Below are positions 43,262 through 55,368 of a DNA stretch of 64,000 bases, piece after piece. The translations under genes and the position numbers were made by a program. Position 1 is the first letter of the stretch, and each line of letters opens with the position of its first letter. The DNA lies in assembly GCF_009914755.1 (NCBI RefSeq), contig NC_060927.1. The stretch is one strand, 5' to 3'. This stretch comes from the human T2T-CHM13v2.0 reference genome, Homo sapiens. The notes beneath the pieces were generated by a model. The model was not told the DNA's origin. It did not search any database and saw only the letters and a program-made list of their open reading frames with translations.

Positions 43262-45088
43262 AGGCATAAATTATTGTTCCATGTTGAATTTATTGTTATG
43301 GGCCTGAAGGCTTTCATGGATTTTCAAAATAACAATGACAGTGTCTTCAATGCTTCAATGGTATAATCCTTCCAGACATTCATGATGTCTCTATCAGAGT
43401 TCTCTTCTATAGCATTGACAGTTCTTTCCACTAAGTATCATGTGTAATGAGCTTTAAAGATGCTTATGACCCACTGATCTAGAGACTGAATAAAGAGCTT
43501 ATGTTTGGGGGCAAGTAGATTATTTTAATGCCTTTGATATTAAGCCCATGGGGTTTGGGTAGCCAAGGGTGGTGTTCAATATTAAATAAACTTTAAAAGA
43601 TTGTCCCTTACTGGCAAGGTACTTCCTGACTTCACAGTCAACGTGTTGATGGAAACAATTCAGAAAAAGGGGTTCTCATTGTCCAGGCCATCTTTTTTAT
43701 ATAATCAAAAGCTGGTGTTTATCTTTTCCTTCAAGCTTTGGGGGTTAGAAACTTTATAGAGAAGGGAAGTCCTGATCATAAACCTGATTGTATTTCCACA
43801 AAACCATATAGTTAGCTTATTTCTTGCTGCCTTAAATCCTGGTGCATACCTCTGTTCCTTACTAGTAAATGTCCTTTGTAAGCATTGTTTTCCATATGGG
43901 GCACTTTCATCCACATTAAAAACCTCTTTAGGAAGATATCCTTTCTCCAGGCATCTTCCTAGTGATGTCTGGAAGCTCTTCCGTTGTCTCTTGGTCAGCA
44001 GAAAATGCTTCTCCTGTTGTGTTGGTATTTTTTAAGTCAAATCTCTTTCTAAAATTATTAAACCATCCTTAGCTGGCATTAAATTCTTCAGCTTTAGACT
44101 ATCCACCTTCCTTTTGCTTTAAGTTTTATACATTGACTTCGCGTTTTCTCAAATTGTATTATTCTGTAGATATGCCTTTCTTACAGTAATCTTGCACCCA
44201 CGTAAAAGTTGCATTTTTAGTATGAGGTAAAAACGTATTTCACAAAAAGTACGAGGTTTTTGCACCTGCTGGCATAGCTGCAGTAATGGCCTCACAAATT
44301 TCCTTTTCCTTTTTAACAATGGTCCTTACACTGGATTCATTTGTCTTGAAATTGAAAGCAATCACAGCTGCAGCCCTCGATCTAGGGTACATATCAAGTA
44401 ATTCAGCTTTTTTTGTGTGTAATGTCATGTATTTTCCCTGCTTCTTGGTAGCAATTTTGGCATCACTAGTTGCACTTTTTATGGGTCATGGTATCATTCC
44501 AGGTTTATGGTATTGCACTAAAAAATAAGAAAAAAATAGGTGAGAAACATAAGGGGTCATTTTTTTACTGCAATATGCAATTTGCTGGAGAGAGAAAGTG
44601 CTCACACAGAGATGAGTAGCATTACATTACATTTTAAATGGATGCTTGCAACACTTAAGGCCCTCTGCAATAGCAACAGGAGGTGGCTACAAAATTATTA
44701 CAGTCATAGAATATGTACTACAATTAATTTTCTGCAGCTATGGTTTAAGTCTGCATATGTCTGTATTTGTTTATATCTCTGTTAACTGTGAATAAGCCCG
44801 CATAGAGTCCGTAAGCTTTTGTGTGCATATGTTTTAATAAATTAAAACTTTTTATAATAGTTTTGTGTATGTTTTATGGTAGTAAATGATAAAATAGACT
44901 ATATCTACGTATATTTTATGCATTCATGACACAGCTTTTTTTCTATATTTCTAGACTATGCAATTAGTCTGCGAAGTTTTTCAGATTGTCACAAATCACC
45001 AAAAATTTTTCCAATATATTTATTGAAAGAAAATCTGTATTTGAGGGGACACACCCATTTCAAATCTGTGTTGTTCAGGGATCAACTG
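43262..45088 (-). mobile_element. Tigger2 (TcMar-Tigger) DNA transposon, 3'-truncated, with decayed transposase
   Basis: 5' TIR CAGTTGATCCCTGAACAACAC on minus strand ending at 45088; transposase remnants in ORFs 44240-44428 (ELLDMY...NESSVRTIVKKEKEIC) and 43705-43914 (DESA...QRTFTSKEQRYAPGFKAARNKLT). Confidence 0.93.
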
Positions 45089-45254
45089 TGTATATGGTTG
45101 AGAACTTCGAGGCACAAGGAAGAGAACTGATTTTTTGTAAGGTTGTCCAACCTTTAGTAATAAATGTTAATTAATTAATTAAGATTTGTCAAACAACTCT
45201 GTACACCAGGCATTCTTATCAACATCAGAAACATAGATACAGACCAAACTATCT

Positions 45255-45470
45255 GACATCAGAAACAGACTGTGTGACAAAAATATGAATTCAGGGAGTT
45301 TACATGGGAGGTGTCAGGAAGCTCTTATAGAGAAGTATGGAATTGAGAGTAAAGGCAGGAAGCCAACAAGAATGAAATATTGAGAAAATTACCACTGAGG
45401 GCAGCTGAGGGTCAGTCTTGCTGGTGAACCCTGCAACACAGTGCAGAACAGTACTTCTTGAATTTTCCAT
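45255..45470 (-). mobile_element. LTR16-like (ERVL) LTR fragment
   Basis: cagaaacagactgtgtgacaa...agtttacatgggaggtg...ggaagccaacaag...ttaccactgagggcagctg. Confidence 0.7.
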
Positions 45471-46129
45471 TAGATGTTTGTGGGAAAGTACAGTACTTTC
45501 TTTTTTAAAAATATAAATATCTAATCTGTTGTAGAAGATATTTTTGATACTTTAACAATTAGATTTAACATAAACAAAGTTATCCTGTAAAATTACTCTA
45601 AAAGTTTTGAATCCCTGGCTTTTAATATCTAATTTATTTAATCATAGATCAATAACAAACCATTTTCAGAACATATTTGGAATAACACAAGTGTTGAATA
45701 TGCTTTGAAGTTGTTCCCCAGTACTCACTCCTAGCAAGGACAGTGTAAAAACTTATCTTCAAGATGAATATTAAATTCGAAGAATCTAGTACCTTTTCTA
45801 GTTATAGAATTTTAATTTTACATTAATGGAAAAAGTGAAGGAGATTATTTTTAATGTTTAAAAGTCCATTTTTTCTATTCCTGTATATTACTTCATACCT
45901 CTAACCTTTACCTGGATGAATGTCTATTCTACACATGTACAATATTTTGTGTAATCATTAGTTCCCAAAATTTACAAATGAAGCTTAAAAATTAGGTACC
46001 TTAGTTACATATGTATAAATAAATATACAAATATATGAAATATACCTGCACACTTCTAGGATTTATACACTCACGTAATTCCAATATATAGTTAGTACTC
46101 TTTTCACAATGCTGGAGCTTCTTACTTAC

Positions 46130-46184
46130 CTTGCCTTGAAATGATAATGTTGAAGGAGGGTTGCAGTGATAAACTACAAACATA
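46130..46184 (-). other. Candidate 55-nt internal exon (or pseudoexon)
   Basis: Minus strand ttttgcttaactttattcccccacag|TATGTTTG...TTCAAGGCAAG|gtaagt: branch-like CTTAAC, pyrimidine tract, consensus donor. No expression evidence. Confidence 0.45.
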
Positions 46185-47349
46185 CTGTGGGGGAATAAAG
46201 TTAAGCAAAAGGACTTTCCACAGCTTTCTAGGCTGAAACCTTTGGGTATACTGACAAGAAACCTGACAAATACTTTCAAGCTAAAGTACTTTGCAGATTT
46301 TTTTTTCATTTTAAGGGCAGATTTTTTTTTTTCCCAAAAACTCAGGATTTTCATAAGGTCACCATTATTTTTTATGTAAAATAAATACAGTGAGTTTTGC
46401 TAATTAGGTAGTATCCAGGTGCATACCTTAGGCAAACTGATTCATGCACCTCAAAAACAGGACCTATTTGCTGTTTTCATCAGAAGCTCAGAACTCTGAT
46501 TAGTTATTCAGTGCATGTTTGCATCTGGACATTGTAGACTTAAATTTTAAGGACAGTTTCAATAAATAGTTTTAAGTAAAGCATCATGTTAGATGCTATA
46601 CAATTATTTTGCCTTTGAAACGGGATTGTATTCATCAGCAGGATGTGTGTTTTTATGTCTGGAGATAAAAGTGGAGGTGGCTGCTGCCAAAAGAGCGCAG
46701 AGCTTTCTCCAAGGCCTCTTTTGAATGACATTGAAGGTGGAATGTTCTCAGCTCAAGTGTGGCTGTTCTCTCTGGATTTATGCTTCATCTAGCAGCAGAC
46801 AAGTTGAATTGTAGTTAGACATGTCTGAAGGTAGAAAAAGCAGGTTATATTCACAGTATCTTTTTTTCTCTGCTGTCTTTAGAAGTCACATATAACTCTT
46901 GGGAGAGTATATTGCTGCTACTTCTTGATACCATGCTTTACTCCTATCTAAAATTTTCATACTGTGCTAGGTTATAATGCTCTCTTTACATATAATATGT
47001 AAATAATGTTTGCAGGCATCCAAGGGATGAGACTGTGTGTGTGCCTTATGCACTATTGTAGGACTATCTGCATATACATTTGCAAGCAAATTGTAAGTAT
47101 CAAGTTAGTATTTGTTACGTGAATGACTGGATGAATGAATAAAAGTGCACTAAGGGCTATGGTGCGTAGACTGCGTGGAGGGAGGGATAAGAATTCACAG
47201 ATGTCCCTGGCCTCCCTGTTTGGCGTTAGCTTTACTCCTAGTTTCTCTATATCTCACATGTGTTTCTCCTTGTGTGTCCAGGAAAACTGATTGATTTGCT
47301 GCGTTAAGACAGTATCTTCTTAATCTTTTTCTTTGTGTAGGGGGGAAAG

Positions 47350-47351
<2 letters not shown>

Positions 47352-47410
<59 letters not shown>
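47352..47410. repeat. (AT)22 followed by poly(T)
   Basis: Read directly. Confidence 0.97.
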
Positions 47411-47923
47411 CCTTAGTCCATCTGAAGCAAAGTTGGTATTCCCAGGAGACTGTGGGAAAAATAATACAGGTTAACCCAAAAGCAAATGCATAGGCTTAGA
47501 AATAAATACTCTTTCAGACTACTACTTCGAAAAGTCCAACTGATCATTAGTTCAGCTGGCGTGATTCTGTCTCTTTCAAAGGCTCTTGATACCCTGCCCA
47601 ACTCTTCCCAAATCCTGTCACCATCAATTTGTTTGAAACTAGCTACTTCAAGCTGTTTTTACTTTTGCTTAAGCTTTGCTTCTTCATTTGTTATTTTACA
47701 TGACTCAGTGGGCTATGAATGTTTGAAAAGGGTATGCCTCTAGTGGGCCACAACTGTGATCTTGATTGTAGCCTGAGGAATGTTGCTAGTTCCTAACTCA
47801 ATTTAGAACCATGATGATGGACATTTCATAAAACAAATAGGATAAAATCCTTTCTCACTAGGTTAACTAATTTCTCTCTCTCTCTTTTTTTCTTTAAGCA
47901 ATCCTGTTATTTTTTCAAGCAAA

Positions 47924-48015
47924 AAAGTGTTTAAACATAACTGAAAAAAAGGAAGCTGCTCTAAAACAATCCAGAATTAAATGCACTGACAGAGGAGTGA
48001 TGTCTTGTCTTTCAT
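47924..48015 (+). repeat. 92-bp dispersed direct repeat, copy 1
   Basis: Gapless 86/92 match to 55277-55368. Confidence 0.95.
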
Positions 48016-48029
48016 GATTATCTCCAGAA

Positions 48030-48760
48030 TCAGTTTCTAAAACGCTCAATGTAATCCCTTTCTCCTTTTCCACTTCCTGTAGCAGTTACTAGAACAACCA
48101 TCCTCCCAGTAATGGGGGCCAGAATGCTAGTGTTAAACCTGACTCACATCCAGTGAGACATGAAAGCTAATGACTTTGATTGCCTTAATATTTCCCACTG
48201 CATTTTCTCCTACCATTTTTCTTTCTCATTGCCATGAATTGGGCTTTAACATTCCTTACCCAAGTTACTAAAGAGAGACTCTTTCCTGCAAACTTTTCTT
48301 GACACAGTTTATTTCTAAAACACAAAACAGGTCATGACTCTCAAATGCTCCCATGGCCTATAAACGGCCAAATTTAAATTCCAGACTATACTGTACTTAT
48401 CATGACCTCTTCAACTTGATTTCTTTCCATATCCCTGCACTCCAATCCAAGTCACATTATCCTAGTATTTTTCCCTTGACTCTTCTCCATGTTAAAACAG
48501 CACAGATAGCACCTCTTCCATGGAAATCCTTCTCAAAACTCTCATATACTTTCAGAATTATGTCAAATTGTTCTGTGCTCCCATAACACTCCATTTCTTT
48601 CTCTCTCTAATAACACAATGTTTTTGTTTTTTAAATGTCTATGTACCTGTGGAATATAAAATCCCTGAAGGTTGGGACCACATCTTCACTCTATGTATCT
48701 CTGGTGCCTAACCCTTTCCCTAGGCAGATCAGATATGCTCCGTAACATTTGTGGAAAACC
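48030..48760 (+). mobile_element. L2 LINE fragment
   Basis: aacaaccatcctcccagt...ccagaatgctagtgttaaacctgactc...gaatataaaatccctgaaggttgggaccacatctt...ctctggtgcctaac. Confidence 0.75.
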
Positions 48761-49464
48761 ACCACCACAAGAAGAGTAGATATCTGGTTGATGAAAACAT
48801 GTCAGAGTTGATAAAAATTAAATTCTAATTGTATGTATGCTTACACTTTTAGTTATATAAGCCTTCCCACCCCCATCAGTAGCTAAAATATGTTCCAACT
48901 ACTTATTGATCTTCTACAAGTTTATTAAGTAATTTTTCCCCTATGGAAAATCATGTTAAGATTATTTTTTATTCTATGAGTATAATCATTCAACATATCA
49001 TGAGCCCCATGGAATAATTAACTTTTAAGCTTCAGATTATACATATGAAAAACAATAAGACATTATAACTAGGTTTGACAGTAAAAACAAATCATTTCAG
49101 ACATTACATCTTTGTCGTGTTACACTGTTGCTCCAAGAACAGAACTATATTTAGATTTTTTCCAATTCTTCTTTAAATAACCATATTCTTTTAACTTTGT
49201 ACACTAATTTCCTTTTGTATGCTTTCTACCATCTGTTGTGTGTCTCTTTCTCACTTAAGTATCATTGCTTTGCCTAGCTAGCTTGTTATTCAATTGAGGG
49301 TACTTATTTGGAAAAAAAAAAAAAAACAAATTTGCAAAACTATTGCTATGTTGCTAAAGGGAATGGCAGAGAGGAAAATTTGGAGGAGGTAGTGGGATTA
49401 ATAGAAATACCTATTAATCTGTTCTTTCTAAGAAAGAATACACTTGATTTTATCAATGTATTTC

Positions 49465-49702
49465 TTAACTTTATGTATCACTTACATGGTACTATCATGT
49501 TTTAAGCACTTTACAAATATTTACTCATTCAGTCCACATCACAGCTCTAACAAGGTCATTACTATTTATTTTTTTTTTTACATACGAAAACTAAGGCACA
49601 GACACTTAACAGTCGCTTGCCCAATGTGTCAAAGTTGAGGATTTGAAGACTGCCAATCTGGCCCAAAATTCATATTCCTAATCACTCTGCTTTGATGCCT
49701 CC
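49465..49702 (-). mobile_element. MIR SINE
   Basis: taagcactttacaaatatttactcatt...gaaaactaaggcacaga...gaggatttgaagactgccaatctggc. Confidence 0.85.
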
Positions 49703-50085
49703 TTGGGAAGTTGAATTTTTCATAAGGAAGTGAGGTTTGCAGCTGATCAGCTTCCTTTGTCCACTGAGTATTGGGCTTCATTTCCAAGTGGTAATGGTGG
49801 TCTCCAGACAAGGCAGTTCTGTTGGCCTTGTTGCAGCCTCCCTCTTCCATTTCCTCTCCTCTCTGATCTATGCATCTCTTTCCTTAGTTTAAAAACAGGT
49901 CTGATGGTGAGGTGGGTATGCTCTGGCTGTTTAATGCTGGATAAAGGAGTGGGTTCAAGAATGCTTAACATGCTGCATTGTAATGAGAAAGAAATGTCCC
50001 ACACAACATGCCAATAACTTTCCCACTGATCCAAAGAAAAGTGATTTTAGCATGCTTGGCCAACTAGACTCAAAGGGCATAGAGA

Positions 50086-51190
50086 TTTAATGCTCTATTT
50101 TTGTGCTGGTGGGCCTCCTGCCTGGAGGTGGTGCTTTCCAGAGAGCATCAGCTGTGGTAGTATGGAGACGAACTGGCAGTAGGCAGGTCCCTAGAACTCC
50201 CAAGAGTATATGCCCTTTGCCTTCAGCTACCAGGTTGGGTAGGGAAGGACCATCAGGTCGGGCTGGGCTAAGTGTGTCTGAGCTCAGACTCTGCTTGGGT
50301 GGGTCTTGCTGTGGCTGCTCTGGGGGATGGGAGTGAGGTTCCTATGTCAATGAAGTTGTGTACCTAGGAGGATTATGGCTGCCTCTGCAGAGTCATGCAG
50401 GTTGTCAGGGAAGTGGGGGAAGGGTGCCAGTTAAGGCCTCACCCAGCTCCCACATAAACCAAAGGACCGGTCTTGCACCCACCTTCCCCCGCCCAAACCC
50501 CTCCAAAACAGCCCCAAGTCTGTTTCCAGGTGGTGGACGAGATGGACTTTAGAACTTGCCCCAGGCTACCACCTCCTAGCTGCAAAAGAAAAAGGCTTGG
50601 TTCTTCCCACACCTATGGAGTCTGCACACTGGATTCGCACCCTCCCCTGAGGTCTGGTCAGGAGGCTTCTTGACCCATTCAAATAATTGTTACAAAGTTC
50701 AGCTGGAGATTAACTTCTCCCTGTGGTGTTTCCTGCCCCCCTCACCCCACTCCTCTGGCCACCGTCCTGTTGGATCCCTGTGATTCCAGGCAGGAATGGC
50801 CTGCTTTGGGAACTAGCGAGCTCCCAGGGTCCTTCTGCTGCTTCCTCTACCCCTGTATTTCGCTCAGCTCTCTAAACTGACTCAGCTTCAAGTAAGGTCA
50901 GAAACTTCTCCCACAAACAGACCTTCAGTTATTGCAGTGGGGGGATGTGTATTTGGAAGAGGAAGCTCTCCCTTTCCCACTTCCACGGCAGGAGCACTCA
51001 TAGTGTTTGGACTGTTTCCTGGGTCCTGCAGGAGCCGTCTGCTTCCTTCAGAGTTCTATGAGTCTTCTTGGGATTACTGGTTTGTTCTTGCAGTTGATCT
51101 GGAACTAAAATTCACAGCGCAAGTCTCCTCATGCTGCTCTGTCCTGAACCACAATCTAGTCCTGCCTCCTGTCCACCATGATAATCTCTC
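50086..51190 (-). mobile_element. L1PB1 5'UTR, inverted segment of a twin-primed insertion
   Basis: Minus strand starts ...ATCATGGTGGACAGGAGGCAGGACTAGATTGTGG (L1PB 5' terminus) at ~51190 and runs GC-rich to 50086; left TSD AAAGGGCATAGAGA at 50072-50085. Confidence 0.9.
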
Positions 51191-54100
51191 ATAAATAATA
51201 TTGATAGACCTTTAGCAAGATTAACCAAGAAAAGAAGAGAGCAAATCCAAATAACCTCATTAATAAAAGAAACAGGAGATATTACAACTGACACCACTGA
51301 AATACAAAAGATCATTCAAGGCTACTATGAATAACTTCACGCACATAAATTAGAAAATCTGGAAAGAGATGGATACATTCCTGGAAAAACACAACCCTCC
51401 TAGCTTAAATCAGGAATAATTCAATAGCCTGAACAAATCAATAACAAGCAATGAGATTGAAATGGTAATTTAAAAATTACCAACAGAAAAAAGGCCAGGG
51501 CCAGACAAATTGACAGCAAAATTCTACCAGACATTCAAAGAAGAATTGGTACCAATAGTTTTGACACTATTCCACAAGATAGAGAAAGAAGGAACCCTCC
51601 CTAATTCATTCTGTGAAGCCAGCATCACCCTAATACCAAAACCAGGAAGGGACATAAGCAAAAAAGAAAACTACAGACCAATATCCTTGATGGATATAGA
51701 TACTAAAATCCTTAACAAAATGCTAGCTAACCAAATCCAACAACATATGAAAAAGATAATCTGCCATGATCAAGTGGGTTTCATACCAGGGATATGGGGA
51801 TGGTTTAACATATGCAAGCCAATAAATGTGATATACCACATCAACAGAATTAAAAACAAAAATCACATGATCATCTCAATAGATGCAGAAAAATACATTC
51901 ACAATATCCAGCATCACTCTATGATTAAAACTGCAAAATCGGCATGCAGGGGCATATCTTAATGTAATAAAATCCATCTATGACAAACCCACAGCCAACA
52001 TAATACTGAATGGGGAAAAGTTGAAAGCTGAAAGCATTCCCTCTGAGGACTGAAACAAGACAAAGATGCCCACTCTTAGCACTCCTCTTCAACATAGAAC
52101 TGGACGTCCTAGCAAGAGCAATTAGACAAGAGAAAAAAAGAGCCTCCAAATCAGTATAGAGGAAGTCAAACTGTCAGTGTTTGCTGATGATGTGATTGTT
52201 TACCTTGAAAACCCCAAGAACTTCTCCAGAAAGCTCCTAGAACTGATATAAGAATTCAGCAAATTTTCCAAATACAAGATTAATGTGCACAAATCAGCAC
52301 CTCTTTTATACACCAACAGCAACAAAGCAGAGAATCAAATCAAGAATTCAACCCCTTTTACAAGAGCTGCAAAAAATAATAATAATAAAATAAAATAATT
52401 AGGAATATACCAACTAAAGAGTCAAAAGACCTCTACAAGGAAAACTACAAAACACTGCTGAAAGAAATCATAGAAGACACAAACAAATGGAAACACATCC
52501 CATGCTCATAGATGGAGAATCAATATTGTAAAAATGATCATACTGCCAAAAGCAATCTACAAATTCAATATAATTCCCATCAAAATACCACCATCATTCT
52601 TCAAAGAACTAGAAAAAAACACTTCTAAAATTCATATGGAACCAAAAAAGTGTCCACATAGCCAAAGCAAGACTAAGCAAAAAGAACAAATCTAGAGGCA
52701 TCACACTACCTGATTTCAAACTATACTATAAAGCCATATTCACCAAAACAGCATGGTACTGCTATAAAAATAGGCACATAAACCAATGGAACAGAATAGG
52801 AAACTCAAACTCAAATACTTACAGCCAGCTGATCTTTGATGAAGCAAACAACTTGAAGTGGGGAAAGGACACTGTTTTCAACAAATGGTGCTGGGATAAC
52901 TGGCAAGCCACATGTAGGAGAATGAAACTGGATTCTAATTTCTCACCTTATACAAAAATCAACTCCAGATGGATTAAGTACCTAAATCTAAGATGTGAAG
53001 CTATAAGAATTCTAGAAGATAACACTGGAAAAACCTTTCTAGATATTGGCTTAGGCAAGGATTTCATGAACAAGAACCCAAAAGCAAATGCAATAAAAAC
53101 AAAGATTGATAGTTGGGTCTTAATTAAACTAAAGAGCTTTTGCATGACAAAAGCAACAGTCTGAAGGTTAAACAGACAACCCACAGATTGGGAGAAAGTC
53201 TTCACAATCCATATATCTGACAAAAGGCTAATATCCAGAATCTATAACAAACTCAAAAAAATCAGTAAGAAAACAACAAAAAATCCCATCAAAAAGTGGG
53301 CCAAGGATGTGAATAGACAATTCTCAAAAGAAGATATACAAATGGCCAAAAAAAAAATGAAAAAATGCCCAACATCACTAATGATCAGGGAAATGCAAAT
53401 CAAAACCATCACGCGCTACCACCTTACCCCTGCAACAATGGCCATAATAAAAAAATAAAAAACAGTAAATGTTGGTGAGGATACAGTGATCAGGGAACAC
53501 TTCCAGACTGCTGGTAGGAATGTAAACTAGTACACCCACTATGGAAAACAGTGTGGAGATCCCTTAAGGAACTAACAGTAGAACTACCATTTGATACAGC
53601 AATCCCACTACTAAGTATCTACCCACAGGAAAATAAGTCATTATACGAATAAGATACTTGCACATGCATGCTTATAGCAGCACAATTCACAATTGAAAAA
53701 TCGTGGAAACAACCCAAATGCTCATCAATCAATGAGAGGATAAAGATACTGTGGATAAAAAACTATATATATATATATATATTTTTTTTTTTCACTGTGT
53801 GTGTGTATGTATGTGTATATATATATATATACACATACATACACACACACACACATATATAATGTATATGTTATATATACACGATGGAATACTATTCAGC
53901 CATAAAAATGAATGAATTAACAGCATTTGCAGCTACCTGGATGAGACTGAAGGCTATCATTCTAAGTGTAGTAACTCAGGAATAGAAAATCAAACATCAT
54001 ATGTTCTTGCTGATATGTGGGAGCTAAGCCATGAGGACACATAAGAGTGAGACAATGGACTGTGGGGACTTGGTGGGGAAGAGTGGGAGGGGGGCGAAGG

Positions 54101-54233
54101 ATAAAGACTACAAATACAGTTCAGTGTATACTGCTCGGGTGATGGTTACACCAAAATCTCACAAATCACCACTAAAGAACTTACTCATGTAACCAAATAC
54201 CACCTGTACCCCAATAACTTCTGGAAAAATAAA
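51191..54233 (+). mobile_element. L1PB1 ORF2 remnant (post-endonuclease) and 3'UTR
   Basis: ORF 51510-51962 (FYQTFKEEL...ENYRPISLM...DQVGFIPG...[11 protein letters not shown]) and 52853-53164; 3' end ctgctcgggtgatgg...ccacctgtaccccaataac; right TSD AAAGAGCATAGAGA at 54234-54247. Confidence 0.97.
53796..53851. repeat. Perfect 56-bp palindromic microsatellite within L1PB1
   Basis: TGTGTGTGTGTATGTATGTG-(TA)8-CACATACATACACACACACA, checked base by base. Confidence 0.95.
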
Positions 54234-55276
54234 AAAGAGCATAGAGAAAACCAACATTTGGGAATGATGCTAGAAGTCGTTGGCAGCACAGAGTAGAGGG
54301 GTAGAGCCACTGACACTTTTTCTGGCTTAGGTCTGCTAATCCTTCCAATCTGTTTAGCAATGGAGTGACCTAGCTCAGTCAACTTCTTTTTAAAACCCAA
54401 TAAAGCTACTCAGGTCTTTAAAGATTGAACTCATGATTATTGAGAGGACAAAGTGGTAAAATGAAGAGAAAGCAGTGCATGCGAATATGTCACACTGGAT
54501 GCTCACACATACACTGGAGATACACACAGAAACACAAGTACACGTATAGGATTATATATGCATATTTATATATGCAAACGTATATATTGTAACATAAAGA
54601 CGGGTTGAATGATAGATGTTATAAATGCATTAGAGTATATAGAGTGTATAGAACTAAAGGACTCAATATTTCTTTAATTAATAGATGAATAACAGAATTA
54701 GCTGACCAAGTCAATTGTTGCAAGTATTTAAAGCAGACTAGGTCTTAATATCAGCAATGTTTTCAGAAATTATTGGAGACTAGAAGGTTTGGAATTGAGG
54801 GGAGGCAAACCACAGGTGTGTAAAGAAATAAAATAGTGTGAATTTTTACCTTAAGATAATTAAAAAAAAAGAGATTAAAACCATGATGGAAGTTATTACC
54901 AAATATCATATTAAAAGTTGGCTTTCGTTTCCAAATATTTAAGTAATGCTGGATTTTTGGAGTGACTTACTTTCTCCCGTACAACAATGACTTCCTACAT
55001 CTATTTTTCAGGATTAGACATTCATAAAGCAAAATGACTCATTTGTATATTTTGGTCAGCAGTTCAGGTCATTACCCATTAGAACACACTGTTACTAAGA
55101 GGCATCTTTTGGTTTATTTTAATTCCTCAACATCTGCATCCTTTAGTTGCTTATCCACACATTTCCTCTCTGTTTTCCCTTCTTTGATTATTCCTTCATT
55201 TAGTGTTCCAGTGTTGAGTGTTGAAGACACATTAAGCCGAGTAAAGCTTATTAAATCTTCCTTTTATATGATGTTT

Positions 55277-55368
55277 AAAGTGTTTAAACATAACCGAAAA
55301 AAAGGAAGCCGCTCTAAAAGAATCCTGAATTAAATGCACTGACAGAGCAGTGATGTCTTCTCTTTCAT
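55277..55368 (+). repeat. 92-bp dispersed direct repeat, copy 2
   Basis: Gapless 86/92 match to 47924-48015; retains two CpGs that are TpG in copy 1. Confidence 0.95.

Noticed and set aside
43705-44428. Transposase-like ORFs as a domesticated TIGD/CENP-B-like gene
   Set aside because: Broken reading frame inside an ordinary Tigger2 copy
47924-48015. 92-bp repeat as a snoRNA or CRISPR-like repeat
   Set aside because: No properly placed C/D or H/ACA boxes or terminal stem; only two copies, no spacer array, and the DNA is eukaryotic
51510-53164. Longest ORF (150 aa) with reverse-transcriptase motifs
   Set aside because: Fragment of decayed L1PB1 ORF2 with stops and frameshifts on both sides; not a functional or novel RT system
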